Origin: Eledone cirrhosa
Lineage: Eukaryota
Direction of reading: 5' to 3'
NCBI GenBank assembly: GCA_964016885.1
Contig: OZ024753.1
Location: forward strand, 32,612,001 to 32,676,000
DNA length: 64,000 nt
Part shown: positions 1-14,000 of the stretch, in pieces
Layout: each line of letters opens with the position of its first letter
How positions within the stretch are numbered: the first letter of the stretch is position 1
The notes under the pieces: generated by a model
The model's input: the letters and a program-made list of their open reading frames with translations, nothing else
Told to the model about the DNA's origin: nothing
The model's database searches: none
Program-made: the position numbers and the translations under genes

Positions 1-849
1 GTGTATTTTAAGGAACAATATGGCTATTATTTCTTGTCCTCTTGTTGACTCCTTCTTTCGTGTACTTATTGAATATGTATGTGTAGAGAGGGTTGTGTAT
101 CTTTGGTCCCGTAGTATATATTTTAATGTGTCAAAGCTTGTTCATATTTTAAGGGATAATAGATAAAACTACAAGTTTCAGATTGCCAGAGAGCTGGAAG
201 AGAAAGCTTGCGGAATATGTTCCAATTGTTTGCATTCTGAATTCAAATTATAAATATCAAGAATAATCACCCGAAAGGAATGCACACCCGTCCAAACTTT
301 ACCAGATCAAATGATCGCTCATTTCTGACATGAGAAGTTCTTTACTTGGGGCCTCATTTTAAATAAGTCGTAGTTCATAGCTTGCTACGTAAAGTAAGTA
401 ATCACTTACGTCGGCGTTACAAGAATGCATGTGCGATTCGAGGGAGATTCAGCCTCTATTTCTAGCAGACCAAGACACTGAATATATGTTGTTGTCTTAT
501 TCACTCGAAAGAGTGTATTATAATCCTAATGCCCTTCTTGGTTAAGAGACAGATGGGATCATTTTGATCTAAACTACCTTCTGGAATTTTTTGTTTAATT
601 TTTTAAAAAACTTTTACACAAGTTCGATATTTAATTACAAAATATGTCCGTCTATAAATCAATAAATCAGTGAAAATTTCCAGATTATCGATATCGATAC
701 CATTCCTTTAAAGCGGAAATAAATAAGCTGACACATCTCTATTGAAAGTTGTATATTGAATTATACTGAGTAGCTTTACATTGCTGTGAATTACACAGTT
801 ATCTGGCAACTGATAATTAACTTGGAAATTGATGTTGAGTGTAAATATT

Positions 850-1070
850 ACACACATACACAGACATGCATACATACATATATATATATATACATGCATA
901 CATAAGACATACATACATACATACACACATTCAAGCATACACATACATTCATACATACACATACATACAAACAAAGTACTTAACGTACATAATTCATAAA
1001 CGTTTTATATACATATATGTGTGTTTGTGTGCACGTGCACATCTACCTATCTATCTATATATATATATCT
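850..1070. repeat. Compound (TACA)/(CA)/(TA) low-complexity microsatellite region
   Basis: Runs of catacata/cacata/tatata seen directly; explains ORFs 708..974 and 866..1132. Confidence 0.85.
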
Positions 1071-1659
1071 TGCTTGTACGTATATGTATAGACATTAGAA
1101 TCATAATATATATTTTGGCAGAAGTATATTAATAAGAAATATGAATTATTGTATCCTGACCTTTGTTGAGAGATGGAACAATAAATATTCATAATGCTCT
1201 GTAAGATAGAGGGGAAACAAACCCATTGTTGATTAAATTTATGCGAAAATTGAATTTCTGAAATTGTTAGGCCTTACGTATGAACTCAAATATCGATTTT
1301 CCCATATATAGGTAAAGGAATTTCGGTAAAATATTTATGATTTAATTTAAGAATTATTTCCATATTGTCATATACTAGCATTCGAGCTGTCATTCCTTCT
1401 GGATGCTTTAAAATATGAATAACACCAACTAATACAAATGATTTCTTGGGAATCTCTTTACAGTTTGAAAGTTCTATTTGGGTAGGGGTGTATTTGATTA
1501 ATTACTAATTTGATATTTTTTATGATATCGGTTGTCAATACAATATGCTTCGTGTGAATTACGAGATCATATGTATGCCCGATCTATCAGTTATTTGCAA
1601 GTCCTTTTAGAAAATTCACAGAAAAATGTGTTGTATTATAACCTGAGTCAGTCAATGGT

Positions 1660-1862
1660 GTAGAGAGAGTCAGGCGGAGAGAAAGAGAGAGACAGAAACA
1701 AGCAGAGATAAAGAGAGAGACAGACAACCAGCAGAGAGAGACAGATACAGGCTGAGAGAAAGAGAGAGACATACAGATAGAGAAAGAGAGAAACAGAGAG
1801 AAAGACGTAGAGAGACATGCAGGCTGATAGATTATACGGACAGGCATCAAAAGAGAGAGAAG
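1660..1862. repeat. Degenerate (GA)n/(GACA)n purine-rich tract
   Basis: gagagagacagaaac-type repeats seen directly. Confidence 0.8.
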
Positions 1863-2328
1863 ACTGATAATCTTGTTATTTTACCCTGAGATCTGCTCTC
1901 TGGCAATGAAGACCTAATCGTGAAAAGCGGTCCTGTAGTTACCATCTCTTCTCATTTGCAGGCATAGTACAACTAAGAGTATAGTATCCTGCCTTGTTAA
2001 ATTAGAAGTCAAGTTGTGTTTTAACGGAAATTTGACTGCAAGTTCTATCAGGTCGAATGCACACGCAGAAACAACCCGCTACTGTCGATTTCAACAGTGA
2101 TTATATGTAATAAATCAAATCAAACCACTTTCTTAGAATTTAACAACTTTGAGATAACCATACCTAGTGTTTGCAGCGATTTTTATCCTGAATCTAAATC
2201 AATTACAACAGTAACTCATTGTTAATAATAATTGCCTTCGTTTATTTCAGACTTAACCTGCCTTTATTCTTTATGTTAAGGAATACAATATGTCACTACA
2301 TGAAGTAAACTTAATCTCAACCACTGAT

Positions 2329-2361
2329 TATATATATATATCTGTGTGTGTGTGTGTGTGT

Positions 2362-2418
<57 letters not shown>

Positions 2419-2450
2419 CACACACACACACATATATAGGTACGTATGTA

Positions 2451-2504
<54 letters not shown>

Positions 2505-2530
2505 GTATATATGCCTGAGTGTGTGTGTGT
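2329..2530. repeat. Compound (TA)n-(TG)n-(CA)n-(TA)n microsatellite
   Basis: Seen directly. Confidence 0.95.
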
Positions 2531-3054
2531 ACATTTTCACTTTAGGTTCTAATCTAAAATTGATACAACCAACTTATTATAGATGGTATGATTCGTTGTT
2601 TAAATTTTGAGATATAAATAACTATTCATAATTGTTGAATACTGATCCTTTTCCCGTAATTACTGAAACTTGTGAAAAGTAAAGAGAATTTATAATGATC
2701 TAATGTTATGCTGCAAAGCACATTCACATAATTATGTTTGTACGGTGTAGGTTCTCTGGGCTCTGCGTTTAGTCCATGAGCTGTGGGTAGATAGGCGGAA
2801 GTGTTAAAACGCATCAGACGAGATGTTCCACAGTATTGGTTTGGAGCCTGTTCGTTCCACGTTCGAAACCTACTTCCAGTCATCAGAAAAACTGTTGCTC
2901 CAGCCAGGCGTTGCGACATGCATATATTTTTAGCAATGGAAATATTGATATAGCCATTTTCATCACCCCTTAAATAACTGGCAACCGAACAGCACTATTT
3001 CTCTCCCCTTCCATACGAACTCTCTAGTAAATCCTGTCAACGTACAATCCAAGA

Positions 3055-3112
3055 TGTCGGACTGATGAGTTGGGGCAAACATAATTCCACAGCGAAACAC
3101 GAGTATTCGACA
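3055..3112 (+). ncRNA. Type I hammerhead ribozyme motif (canonical core)
   Basis: UGUCGGA-CUGAUGA-GUUG...CAGC-GAAA-CACGAG-UA-UUCGACA: 7-bp stem I, core CUGAUGA at 3062-3068, GAAA at 3094-3097, minimal stem III, GUA cleavage triplet at 3103-3105. Confidence 0.75.
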
Positions 3113-3217
3113 GATGAAAATGTGTATTTAACCTTATTTTGTATATTTCAATCCTTCGGATTGAGTGCTCTGCTAACTTAGGAAGAATATTTTTTTACGA
3201 AACGCTCTATATATATA

Positions 3218-3336
3218 TAATATAGAAATGGCTTCTACAGGACTAGAACTGCTTCATTCGGGAGAAATCATCAGGCTTCCAGATGATTTCTCCCGAATGA
3301 AACAGTTCTAGTCCTGTAGAAGCCATTTCTATATTA
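3218..3336. repeat. Fold-back inverted repeat (55-bp arms, 1 mismatch, 9-nt spacer) next to (TA)n
   Basis: 3218-3272 is the reverse complement of 3282-3336 except at one position. Confidence 0.95.
3274..3324 (+). ncRNA. Type I hammerhead ribozyme motif (U4->A variant)
   Basis: GGCUUC-CAGAUGA-UUUCUCCCGAAU-GAAA-CAG(UUCUAGUC)CUG-UA-GAAGCC: perfect 6-bp stem I, stem III CAG/CUG plus A-U, GUA triplet, weak stem II. The inverted copy (3230-3274, minus strand) reads CUGAUGA...GAAG. Confidence 0.65.
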
Positions 3337-3800
3337 AATATTTATACTCTTCTTTGTATTGAGTACCTTACTTACTGTGGTCACCCCTGATTGAACCCGG
3401 GATAAACTTATATATATATGCTATTACATTCACACATATATACACATACATATATACACATACATACACACAAAACACCCCCCCCCCCCCAATATATATA
3501 TATATATATATATAATCATGTGTATGGGAAACGGTGTGAACAGACACTATATGTTGTTACCAGGGATTAACTACTTTCATCACTATATTGATAAATTTAA
3601 TAAAAGCCCTTCAGCGTGGCTTACATTGATCTTCCTGTTTGTGACGTGTTTTATGTATCAAACTTATTGATATACCGACCCAATTGATATAAACCTGCAA
3701 CCACCACCAGTACCATACTACTGCAACTACGACTACTGCTTTCAAAATTATTTGAAAATCCTATGCATTGTCTTAGAAGTATGGTAATGAAAGTTTTAAG

Positions 3801-3957
3801 TTGAGTATTTCGGGGTCAACTTTGCCTTTCATCCTTACGGAGTCGATAAAATAAAGTACCAGTAACGTACTGGGATCAATTTAATCGACTATCCCCTCTC
3901 CCCAAATTACTGGCTTTGTGCCTATACTAGAAATTATTATTATTATTATTATTATTA
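3801..3957 (+). mobile_element. 5'-truncated tRNA-type SINE with (ATT)n tail
   Basis: Shares the core ACTTTGCCTTTCATCCTTACGG-GTCGATAAAATAAAGTACCAG and 3' end CTGG..TTGTGCCTA..TAGAAA with the other copies in the window. Confidence 0.85.
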
Positions 3958-4520
3958 GCATCAACAGCAGCAGTAGTAGTAGTAGTAGTAGAGTAGTCTC
4001 TATATGTTGAGTAACATGCGAGAATATATTTAGATATTACTAAATCTTGAGCATAGCACTTCACATAGAAACCTACTTACTTATTAACATAATATCTATT
4101 GTACTCGAGTTTTCTAACAACAATTCATTTCAAATTCCTTCTTTATAAAAGAGATCCCAGTGAAAATAAATGACGCTAACAGCAACCCATTAACATGGAT
4201 CAGTTATTTCAGCTTTCATTATCAACCACCACCACAACATGTTTTATACACAAATCGCATTTTAGTTTTCTACATAAACATTTCTGAATGATCAGGAGAT
4301 TCATGTTTGTACTGAACTGTCCATTGTGATTAATGACATTAAAATAGAATTCAGCATGCAGAGGGATGTATTAATATGTTATATGAGATATGTCATACGT
4401 ATCACCAACCGACCATTATAATATTATGTGAAGTCTGTTTCCATATATATATACACACACATAATTTACACACAATACACGTCATATGTTTTACCACATC
4501 GACCATAAAAATACGCCATG

Positions 4521-4524
<4 letters not shown>

Positions 4525-4558
<34 letters not shown>
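4525..4558. repeat. (TA)n microsatellite
   Basis: Seen directly. Confidence 0.95.
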
Positions 4559-4561
<3 letters not shown>

Positions 4562-5002
4562 AGGAGTTGACGAAACCAGCATATTTAACAATGATATATA
4601 TATCTGTAACTCTTTACAAATTACACACAAGCGCATGCATAAACACAATCCCTGTCACTATAAATAGTTATCTGTATATCAATTGTACAAATATGCAGAA
4701 CATTTATGTAATTATAGCCTAGAAATAAATTTATAAAACATCATTCTGATTTCTAATCACTCCCTCGTGTCAGTAATCGATATAAACTCTTAAAGTTTCT
4801 CTGACACAAATTCTAAATTTATCCAACCGCATGATTGTTTGTATATCAAATACTCCTGGTATGTATGGCATACCAAACCTGGTTTCAACATTTAAAAATA
4901 TTCAACACTACGGCTAACACTCTTTCCGGCACTGATTCATGAGTTTAATATAAAACATAAAAAATGTTAGCGAGTGATCTACCTTGTTATTTACTTAAGC
5001 AT

Positions 5003-8000
5003 GCAATCTATCTGATCACACTTAACTGTGCAGTCATCCGGTGGGTTAAACTTCAGTGTGCAGTCTATCTGGTCAGTTACAGTTCAGTGAGTAATCTATC
5101 TGGTCAGTTACACTTCAGTGTGCAGTCTATCTGGTCAGTTACAGTTCAGTGTGTAATCTATCTGGTCAGTTACACTTCAGTGTGTAATCTATCTGGTCAG
5201 TTACACTTCAGTGTACAATCTATCTGGTCAGTTACACTTCAGTGTGTAATCTATCTGGTCAGTTACACTTCAGTGTACAATCTATCTGGTCAGTTACACT
5301 TCAGTGTACAATCTATCTGGTCAGTTACACTTCAGTGTGCAGTCTGTCTGGTCAGTTACACTTTAGTGTGTAATCTATCTGGTCAGTTACACTTCAGTGT
5401 GTAATCTATCTGGTCAGTTACACTTCAGTGTGTAATCTATCTGGTCAGTTACACTTCAGTGTGCAGTCTATCGGGTCAGTTACACTTCAGTGTGCAGTCT
5501 ATCTGGTCAGTTACACTTCAGTGTGCAGTCTATCGGGTCAGTTACACTTCAGTGTGCAGTCTATCTGGTCAGTTACACTTCAGTGTGCAGTCTATCTGGT
5601 CAGTTACAGTTCAGTGTGTAATCTATCGCGTCAGTTACACTTCAGTGTGCAGTCTATCTGGTCAGTTACACTTCAGTGTGTAATCTATCTGGTCAGTTAC
5701 ACTTCAGTGTGTAATCTATCTGGTTAGTTACACTTCAGTGTGTAATATATCTGGTCAGTTACACTTCAGTGTGTAATCTATCTGGTCAGTTACACTTCAG
5801 TGTGTAATCTATATGGTCAGTTACACTTCAGTGTGTAATCTATCTGGTCAGTTACACTTCAGTGTACAATCTATCTGGTCAGTTACACTTCAGTGTGTAA
5901 TCTATCTGGTCAGTTACACTTCAGTGTGCAGTCTATCTGGTCAGTTACACATACAGTGTGTAATCTATCTGGTTAGTTACACTTCGGTGTGTAATATATC
6001 TGGTCAGTTACACTTCAGTGTGTAATTTATCTGGTCAGTTACACTTCAGTGTGTAATCTATCTGGTCAGTTACACTTTAGTGTGTAATCTATCTGGTCAG
6101 TTACACTTCAGTGTGTAATCTATCTGATCAGTTACACTTTAGTGTGTAATCTATCTGGTCAGTTACACTTCAGTGTGTAATCTATCTGGTCAGTTACACT
6201 TCAGTGTGTAATCTATCTGGACAGTTACACTTCAGTGTGTAATCTATCTGGTCAGTTACACTTTAGTGCGTAATATATCTGGCCAGTTACACGACAGTGT
6301 GTAATCTATCTGGTCAGTTACACTTCAGTGTGTAATCTATCTGGTCAGTTACACTTCAGTGTGCAGTCTGTCTGGTCAGTTACACTTTAGTGTGTAATCT
6401 ATCTGGTCAGTTACACTTCAGTGTGTAATCTATCTGGTCAGTTACACTTCAGTGTGTAATCTATCTGGTCAGTTACACTTCAGTGTGCAGTCTATCTGGT
6501 CAGTTACACTTTAGTGTGTAATCTATCTGGTCAGTTACACCTCAGTGTGTAATCTATCTGGTCAGTTACACTTTAGTGTGTAATCTATCTGGTCAGTTAC
6601 ACTTCAGTGTGTAATCTATCTGGTCAGTTACACGTCAGTGTGTAATCTATCTGGTCAGTTACAGTTCAGTGTGTAATCTATCTGGTCAGTTACACTTCAG
6701 TGTGTAATCTATCTGGTCAGTTACACTTTAGTGTGTAATCTATCTAGTCAGTTACACTTCAGTGTGTAATCTATCTGGTCAGTTACACTTCAGTGTGTAA
6801 TCTATATGGTCAGTTACACTTCAGTGTGCAGTCTATCTGGTCAGTTACACTTCAGTGTGTAATCTATCTGGTCAGTTACACTTCAGTGTGCAGTCTCTCT
6901 GGTCAGTTACAGTTCAGTGTGTAATCTATCTGGTCAGTTACACTTTAGTGTGTAATCTATCTGGTCAGTTACACTTCAGTGTGTAATCTATCTGGTCAGT
7001 TACACTTCAGTGTGTAATCTATCTGGTCAGTTACACTTTAGTGTGTAATCTATCTGGTCAGTTACACTTCAGTGTGCAGTCTATCTGGTCAGTTACACTT
7101 CAGTGTGTGATCTATCGGGTCAGTTACACTTTAGTGTGTAATCTATCTGGTCAGTTACACTTCAGTGTGTAATCTATCTGGTCAGTTACACTTCAGTGTG
7201 TAATCTATCTGGACAGTTACACTTCAGTGTGTAATCTATCTGGTCAGTTACACTTTAGTGCGTAATATATCTGGCCAGTTACACGACAGTGTGTAATCTA
7301 TCTGGTCAGTTACACTTCAGTGTGTAATCTATCTGGTCAGTTACACTTCAGTGTGCAGTCTGTCTGGTCAGTTACACTTTAGTGTGTAATCTATCTGGTC
7401 AGTTACACTTCAGTGTGTATTCTATCTGGTCAGTTACACTTCAGTGTGTAATCTATCTGGTCAGTTACACTTCAGTGTGCAGTCTATCTGGTCAGTTACA
7501 CTTTAGTGTGCAATCTATCTGGTCAGTTACACCTCAGTGTGTAATCTATCTGGTCAGTTACACTTCAGTGTGTAATCTATCTGGTCAGTTACACTTTAGT
7601 GTGTAATCTAACTAGTCAGTTACACTTCAGTGTGTAATCTATCTGGTCAGTTACACTTTAGTGTGTAATCTATCTGGTCAGTTACACTTCAGTGTGTATT
7701 CTATCTGGTCAGTTACACTTCAGTGTGTAATCTATCTGGTCAGTTACACTTTAGTGTGTAATCTATCTGGTCAGTTACACTTCAGTGTGTAATCTATCTG
7801 GTCAGTTACACTTCAGTGTGCAGTCTATCTGGTCAGTTACACTTCAGTGTGTGATCTATCGGGTCAGTTACACTTTAGTGTGCAGTCTCTCTGGTCAGTT
7901 ACAGTTCAGTGTGTAATCTATCTGGTCAGTTACACTTTAGTGTGTAATCTATCTGGTCAGTTACACTTCAGTGTGTAATCTATCTGTACAGTTACACTTC

Positions 8001-11000
8001 AGTGTGTAATCTATCTGGTCAGTTACACTTTAGTGTGTAATCTATCTGGTCAGTTACACTTCAGTGTGCAGTCTATCTGGTCAGTTACACTTCAGTGTGT
8101 GATCTATCGGGTCAGTTACACTTCAGTGTGCAGTCTCTCTGGTCAGTTACACTTCAGTGTGTAATCTATCTGGTCAGTTACACTTCAGTGTGTAATCTAT
8201 CTGGTCAGTTACACTTCAGTGTGTAATCTATCTGGTCAGTTACACTTTAGTGTGTAATCTATCTGGTCAGTTACCCTTCAGTGTGTAATCTATCTGGACA
8301 GTTACACTTCAGTGTGTAATCTATCTGGTCAGTTATACTTTAGTGCGTAATATATCTGGCCAGTTACACGACAGTGTGTAATCTATCTGGTCAGTTACAC
8401 TTCAGTGTGTAATCTATCTGGTCAGTTACACTACAGTGTGCAGTCTGTCTGGTCAGTTACACTTTAGTGTGTAATCTATCTGGTCAGTTACACTTCAGTG
8501 TGTAATCTATCTGGTCAGTTACACTTCAGTGTGTAATCTATCTGGTCAGTTACACTTCAGTGTGCAGTCTATCTGGTCAGTTACACTTTAGTGTGTAATC
8601 TATCTGGTCAGTTACACTTCAGTGTGTAATCTATCTGGTCAGTTACACTTTAGTGTGTAATCTATCTGGTCAGTTACACTTCAGTGTGTAATCTATCTGG
8701 TCAGTTACACGTCAGTGTGTAATCTATCTGGTCAGTTACAGTTCAGTGTGTAATCTATCTGGTCAGTTACACTTCAGTGTGTAATCTATCTGGTCAGTTA
8801 CACTTTAGTGTGTAATCTATCTAGTCAGTTACACTTCAGTGTGTAATCTATCTGGTCAGTTACACTTCAGTGTGTAATCTATATGGTCAGTTACACTTCA
8901 GTGTGCAGTCTATCTGGTCAGTTACACTTCAGTGTGTAATCTATCTGGTCAGTTACTCTTCAGTGTGCAGTCTCTCTGGTCAGTTACAGTTCAGTGTGTA
9001 ATCTATCTGGTCAGTTACACTTTAGTGTGTAATCTATCTGGTCAGTTACACTTCAGTGTGTAATCTATCTGGTCAGTTACACTTTAGTGTGTAATCTATC
9101 TGGTCAGTTACACTTCAGTGTGCAGTCTATCTGGTCAGTTACACTTCAGTGTGTAATCTATCTGGTCAGTTACACTTCAGTGTGCAGTCTCTCTGGTCAG
9201 TTACACTTCAGTGTGTAATCTATCTGGTCAGTTACACTTCAGTGTGTAATCTATCTCGTCAGTTCCACTTCAGTGTGTAATCTATCTGGTCAGTTACACT
9301 TCAGTGTGTAATCTATCCTGTCCTGTTACACTTCAGTGTGTAATCTATCTGGTCAGTTACACTTCATTGTTTAATCTATCTGGTCAGTTACACTTTAGTG
9401 TGTAATCTATCTGGTCAGTTACACTTCAGTATGTAATCTATCTGGTCAGTTACACTTCAGTGTGTAATCTATCTGGTCAGTTACACTTCAGTGTGTAATC
9501 TATCTGGTCAGTTACACTTCAATGTGCAGTATATCTGGTCAGTTACAGTTCAGTGTGTAATCCATCTGGTCAGTTACACTTCAGTGTGTAATCTATCTGG
9601 TTAGTTACACTTTAGTGTGTAATCTATCTGGTCAGTTACACTTCAGTGTGTAATCTATCTGGTCAGTTACACTTCAGTGTGTAATCTATCTGGTCAGTTA
9701 CACTTCAGTGTGCAGTCTATCTGGTCAGTTACACTTCAGTGTGTAATCTAGCTGGTCAGTTACACTTCAGTGTGTTATCTAGCTGGTCAGTTGCACTTCA
9801 GTGTGTAATCTATATGGTCAGTTACACTTCAGTGTGTAATCTATCTGGTCAGTTACACTTTAGTGTGTTATCTATCTGGTCAGTTACACTTCAGCGTGTA
9901 ATCTATCTGGTCAGTTACACTTAGGTGTACAATCTATCTGGTCAGTTACACTTCAGTGTGTAATCTATCTGGTCAGTTACACTTCAGTGTGTAATCTATC
10001 TGGTCAGTTATACTTCAGTGTGTAATCTATCTGGTCAGTTACACTTCAGTGTGCAGTCTATCTGGTCAGTTACACTTCAGTGTGTAATATATCTGGTCAG
10101 TTACACTTCAGTGTGTAATCTATCTGGTTAGTTACACTTCAGTGTGTAATATATCTGGTCAGTTACAGTTCAGTGTGTAATCTATCGGGTCAGTTACACT
10201 TCAGTGTGCAGTCTTTCTGGTCAGTTACACTTCAGTGTGTAATCTATCTGGTTAGTTACACTTCAGTGTGTAATATATCTGGTCAGTTACACTTCAGTGT
10301 GTAATCTATCTGGTCAGTTACACTTCAGTGTGTATTCTATATGGTCAGTTACACTTCAGTGTGTAATCTATCTGGTCAGTTACACTTCAGTGTACAATCT
10401 ATCTGGTCAGTTACACTTCAGTGTGTAATCTATCTGGTCAGTTACACTTCAGTGTGTAATCTATCTGGTCAGTTACACTTCAGTGTGCAGTCTATCTGGT
10501 CAGTTACACATACAGTGTGTAATCTATCTGGTTAGTTACACTTCAGTGTGTAATATATCTGGTCAGTTACACTTCAGTGTGTAATCTATCTGGTCAGTTA
10601 CACTTTAGTGTGTAATCTATCTGGTCAGTTACACTTCAGTGTGTAATCTATCTGGTCAGTTACACTTCAGTGTGTAATCTATCTGGTCAGTTACACTTTA
10701 GTGTGTAATCTATCTGGTCAGTTACACTTCAGTGTGCAGTCTATCTGGTCAGTTACACTTCAGTGTGTGATCTATCGGGTCAGTTACACTTTAGTGTGCA
10801 GTCTCTCTGGTCAGTTACAGTTCAGTGTGTAATCTATCTGGTCAGTTACACTTTAGTGTGTAATCTATCTGGTCAGTTACACTTCAGTGTGTAATCTATC
10901 TGTACAGTTACACTTCAGTGTGTAATCTATCGGGTCAGTTACACTTCAGTGTGCAGTCTCTCTGGTCAGTTACACTTCAGTGTGTAATCTATCTGGTCAG

Positions 11001-14000
11001 TTACACTTCAGTGTGTAATCTATCTGGTCAGTTACACTTCAGTGTGTAATCTATCTGGTCAGTTACACTTCAGTGTGTAATCTATCTGGTCAGTTACACT
11101 TTAGTGTGTAATCTATCTGGTCAGTTACCCTTCAGTGTGTAATCTATCTGGACAGTTACACTTCAGTGTGTAATCTATCTGGTCAGTTATACTTTAGTGC
11201 GTAATATATCTGGCCAGTTACACGACAGTGTGTAATCTATCTGGTCAGTTACACTTCAGTGTGTAATCTATCTGGTCAGTTACACTTCAGTGTGCAGTCT
11301 GTCTGGTCAGTTACACTTTAGTGTGTAATCTATCTGGTCAGTTACACTTCAGTGTGTAATCTATCTGGTCAGTTACACTTCAGTGTGTAATCTATCTGGT
11401 CAGTTACACTTCAGTGTGCAGTCTATCTGGTCAGTTACACTTTAGTGTGTAATCTATCTGGTCAGTTACACTTCAGTGTGTAATCTATCTGGTCAGTTAC
11501 ACTTCAGTGTGTAATCTATCTGGTCAGTTACACTTCAGTGTGTAATCTATCTGGTCAGTTACACTTTAGTGTGTAATCTATCTGGTCAGTTACACTTCAG
11601 TGTGTAATCTATCTGGTCAGTTACACTTCAGTGTGTAATCTATCTGGTCAGTTACACTTTAGTGTGTAATCTATCTGGTCAGTTACACTTCAGTGTGCAG
11701 TCTATCTGGTCAGTTACACTTCAGTGTGTGATCTATCGGGTCAGTTACACTTTAGTGTGCAGTCTCTCTGGTCAGTTACAGTTCAGTGTGTAATCTATCT
11801 GGTCAGTTACACTTTAGTGTGTAATCTATCTGGTCAGTTACACTTCAGTGTGTAATCTATCTGTACAGTTACACTTCAGTGTGTAATCTATCTGGTCAGT
11901 TACACTTTAGTGTGTAATCTATCTGGTCAGTTACACTTCAGTGTGCAGTCTATCTGGTCAGTTACACTTCAGTGTGTGATCTATCGGGTCATTTACACTT
12001 CAGTGTGCAGTCTCTCTGGTCAGTTACACTTCAGTGTGTAATCTATCTGGTCAGTTACACTTCAGTGTGTAATCTATCTGGTCAGTTACACTTCAGTGTG
12101 TAATCTATCTGGTCAGTTACACTTTAGTGTGTAATCTATCTGGTCAGTTACCCTTCAGTGTGTAATCTATCTGGACAGTTACACTTCAGTGTGTAATCTA
12201 TCTGGTCAGTTATACTTTAGTGCTTAATATATCTGGCCAGTTACACGACAGTGTGTAATCTATCTGGTCAGTTACACTTCAGTGTGTAATCTATCTGGTC
12301 AGTTACACTTCAGTGTGCAGTCTGTCTGGTCAGTTACACTTTAGTGTGTAATCTATCTGGTCAGTTACACTTCAGTGTGTAATCTATCTGGTCAGTTACA
12401 CTTCAGTGTGTAATCTATCTGGTCAGTTACACTTCAGTGTGCAGTCTATCTGGTCAGTTACACTTTAGTGTGTAATCTATCTGGTCAGTTACACTTCAGT
12501 GTGTAATCTATCTGGTCAGTTACACTTTAGTGTGTAATCTATCTGGTCAGTTACACTTCAGTGTGTAATCTATCTGGTCAGTTACACGTCAGTGTGTAAT
12601 CTATCTGGTCAGCTACAGTTCAGTGTGTAATCTATCTGGTCAGTTACACTTCAGTGTGTAATCTATCTGGTCAGTTACACTTTAGTGTGTAATCTATCTA
12701 GTCAGTTACACTTCAGTGTGTAATCTATATGGTCAGTTACACTTCAGTGTGCAGTCTATCTGGTCAGTTACACTTCAGTGTGTAATCTATCTGGTCAGTT
12801 ACTCTTCAGTGTGCAGTCTCTCTGGTCAGTTACAGTTCAGTGTGTAATCTATCTGGTCAGTTACACTTTAGTGTGTAATCTATCTGGTCAGTTACCCTTC
12901 AGTGTGTAATCTATCTGGACAGTTACACTTCAGTGTGTAATCTATCTGGTCAGTTATACTTTAGTGCGTAATATATCTGGCCAGTTACACGACAGTGTGT
13001 AATCTATCTGGTCAGTTACACTTCAGTGTGTAATCTATCTGGTCAGTTACACTTCAGTGTGCAGTCTGTCTGGTCAGTTACACTTTAGTGTGTAATCTAT
13101 CTGGTCAGTTACACTTCAGTGTGTAATCTATCTGGTCAGTTACACTTCAGTGTGTAATCTATCTGGTCAGTTACACTTCAGTGTGCAGTCTATCTGGTCA
13201 GTTACACTTTAGTGTGTAATCTATCTGGTCAGTTACACTTCAGTGTGTAATCTATCTGGTCAGTTACACTTTAGTGTGTAATCTATCTGGTCAGTTACAC
13301 TTCAGTGTGTAATCTATCTGGTCAGTTACACGTCAGTGTGTAATCTATCTGGTCAGTTACAGTTCAGTGTGTAATCTATCTGGTCAGTTACACTTCAGTG
13401 TGTAATCTATCTGGTCAGTTACACTTTAGTGTGTAATCTATCTAGTCAGTTACACTTCAGTGTGTAATCTATCTGGTCAGTTACACTTCAGTGTGTAATC
13501 TATATGGTCAGTTACACTTCAGTGTGCAGTCTATCTGGTCAGTTACACTTCAGTGTGTAATCTATCTGGTCAGTTACTCTTCAGTGTGCAGTCTCTCTGG
13601 TCAGTTACAGTTCAGTGTGTAATCTATCTGGTCAGTTACACTTTAGTGTGTAATCTATCTGGTCAGTTACACTTCAGTGTGTAATCTATCTGGTCAGTTA
13701 CACTTTAGTGTGTAATCTATCTGGTCAGTTACACTTCAGTGTGCAGTCTATCTGGTCAGTTACACTTCAGTGTGTAATCTATCTGGTCAGTTACACTTCA
13801 GTGTGCAGTCTCTCTGGTCAGTTACACTTCAGTGTGTAATCTATCTGGTCAGTTACACTTCAGTGTGTAATCTATCTCGTCAGTTCCACTTCAGTGTGTA
13901 ATCTATCTGGTCAGTTACACTTCAGTGTGTAATCTATCCTGTCCTGTTACACTTCAGTGTGTAATCTATCTGGTCAGTTACACTTCATTGTTTAATCTAT

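Noticed and set aside
1900-1940. Hammerhead-like ATGAAGA...GAAAAGCGGTC
   Set aside because: C3 is missing and stems I and II do not pair convincingly.
2385-2432. (TG)n-TATA-(CA)n hairpin (also ~58860-58900)
   Set aside because: Self-complementarity follows trivially from adjacent complementary microsatellites; no independent evidence of function.
708-2552. ORFs rich in YI/CV/HT/LS dipeptides (also 4376-4722, 52251-52692, 57036-57263, 58633-59087)
   Set aside because: Microsatellite translations.
2626-2919. 97-aa minus-strand ORF, and a minus-strand CUGAUGA near 2882-2888
   Set aside because: No recognisable domain; the CUGAUGA has no properly placed GAAA or stems for a hammerhead.
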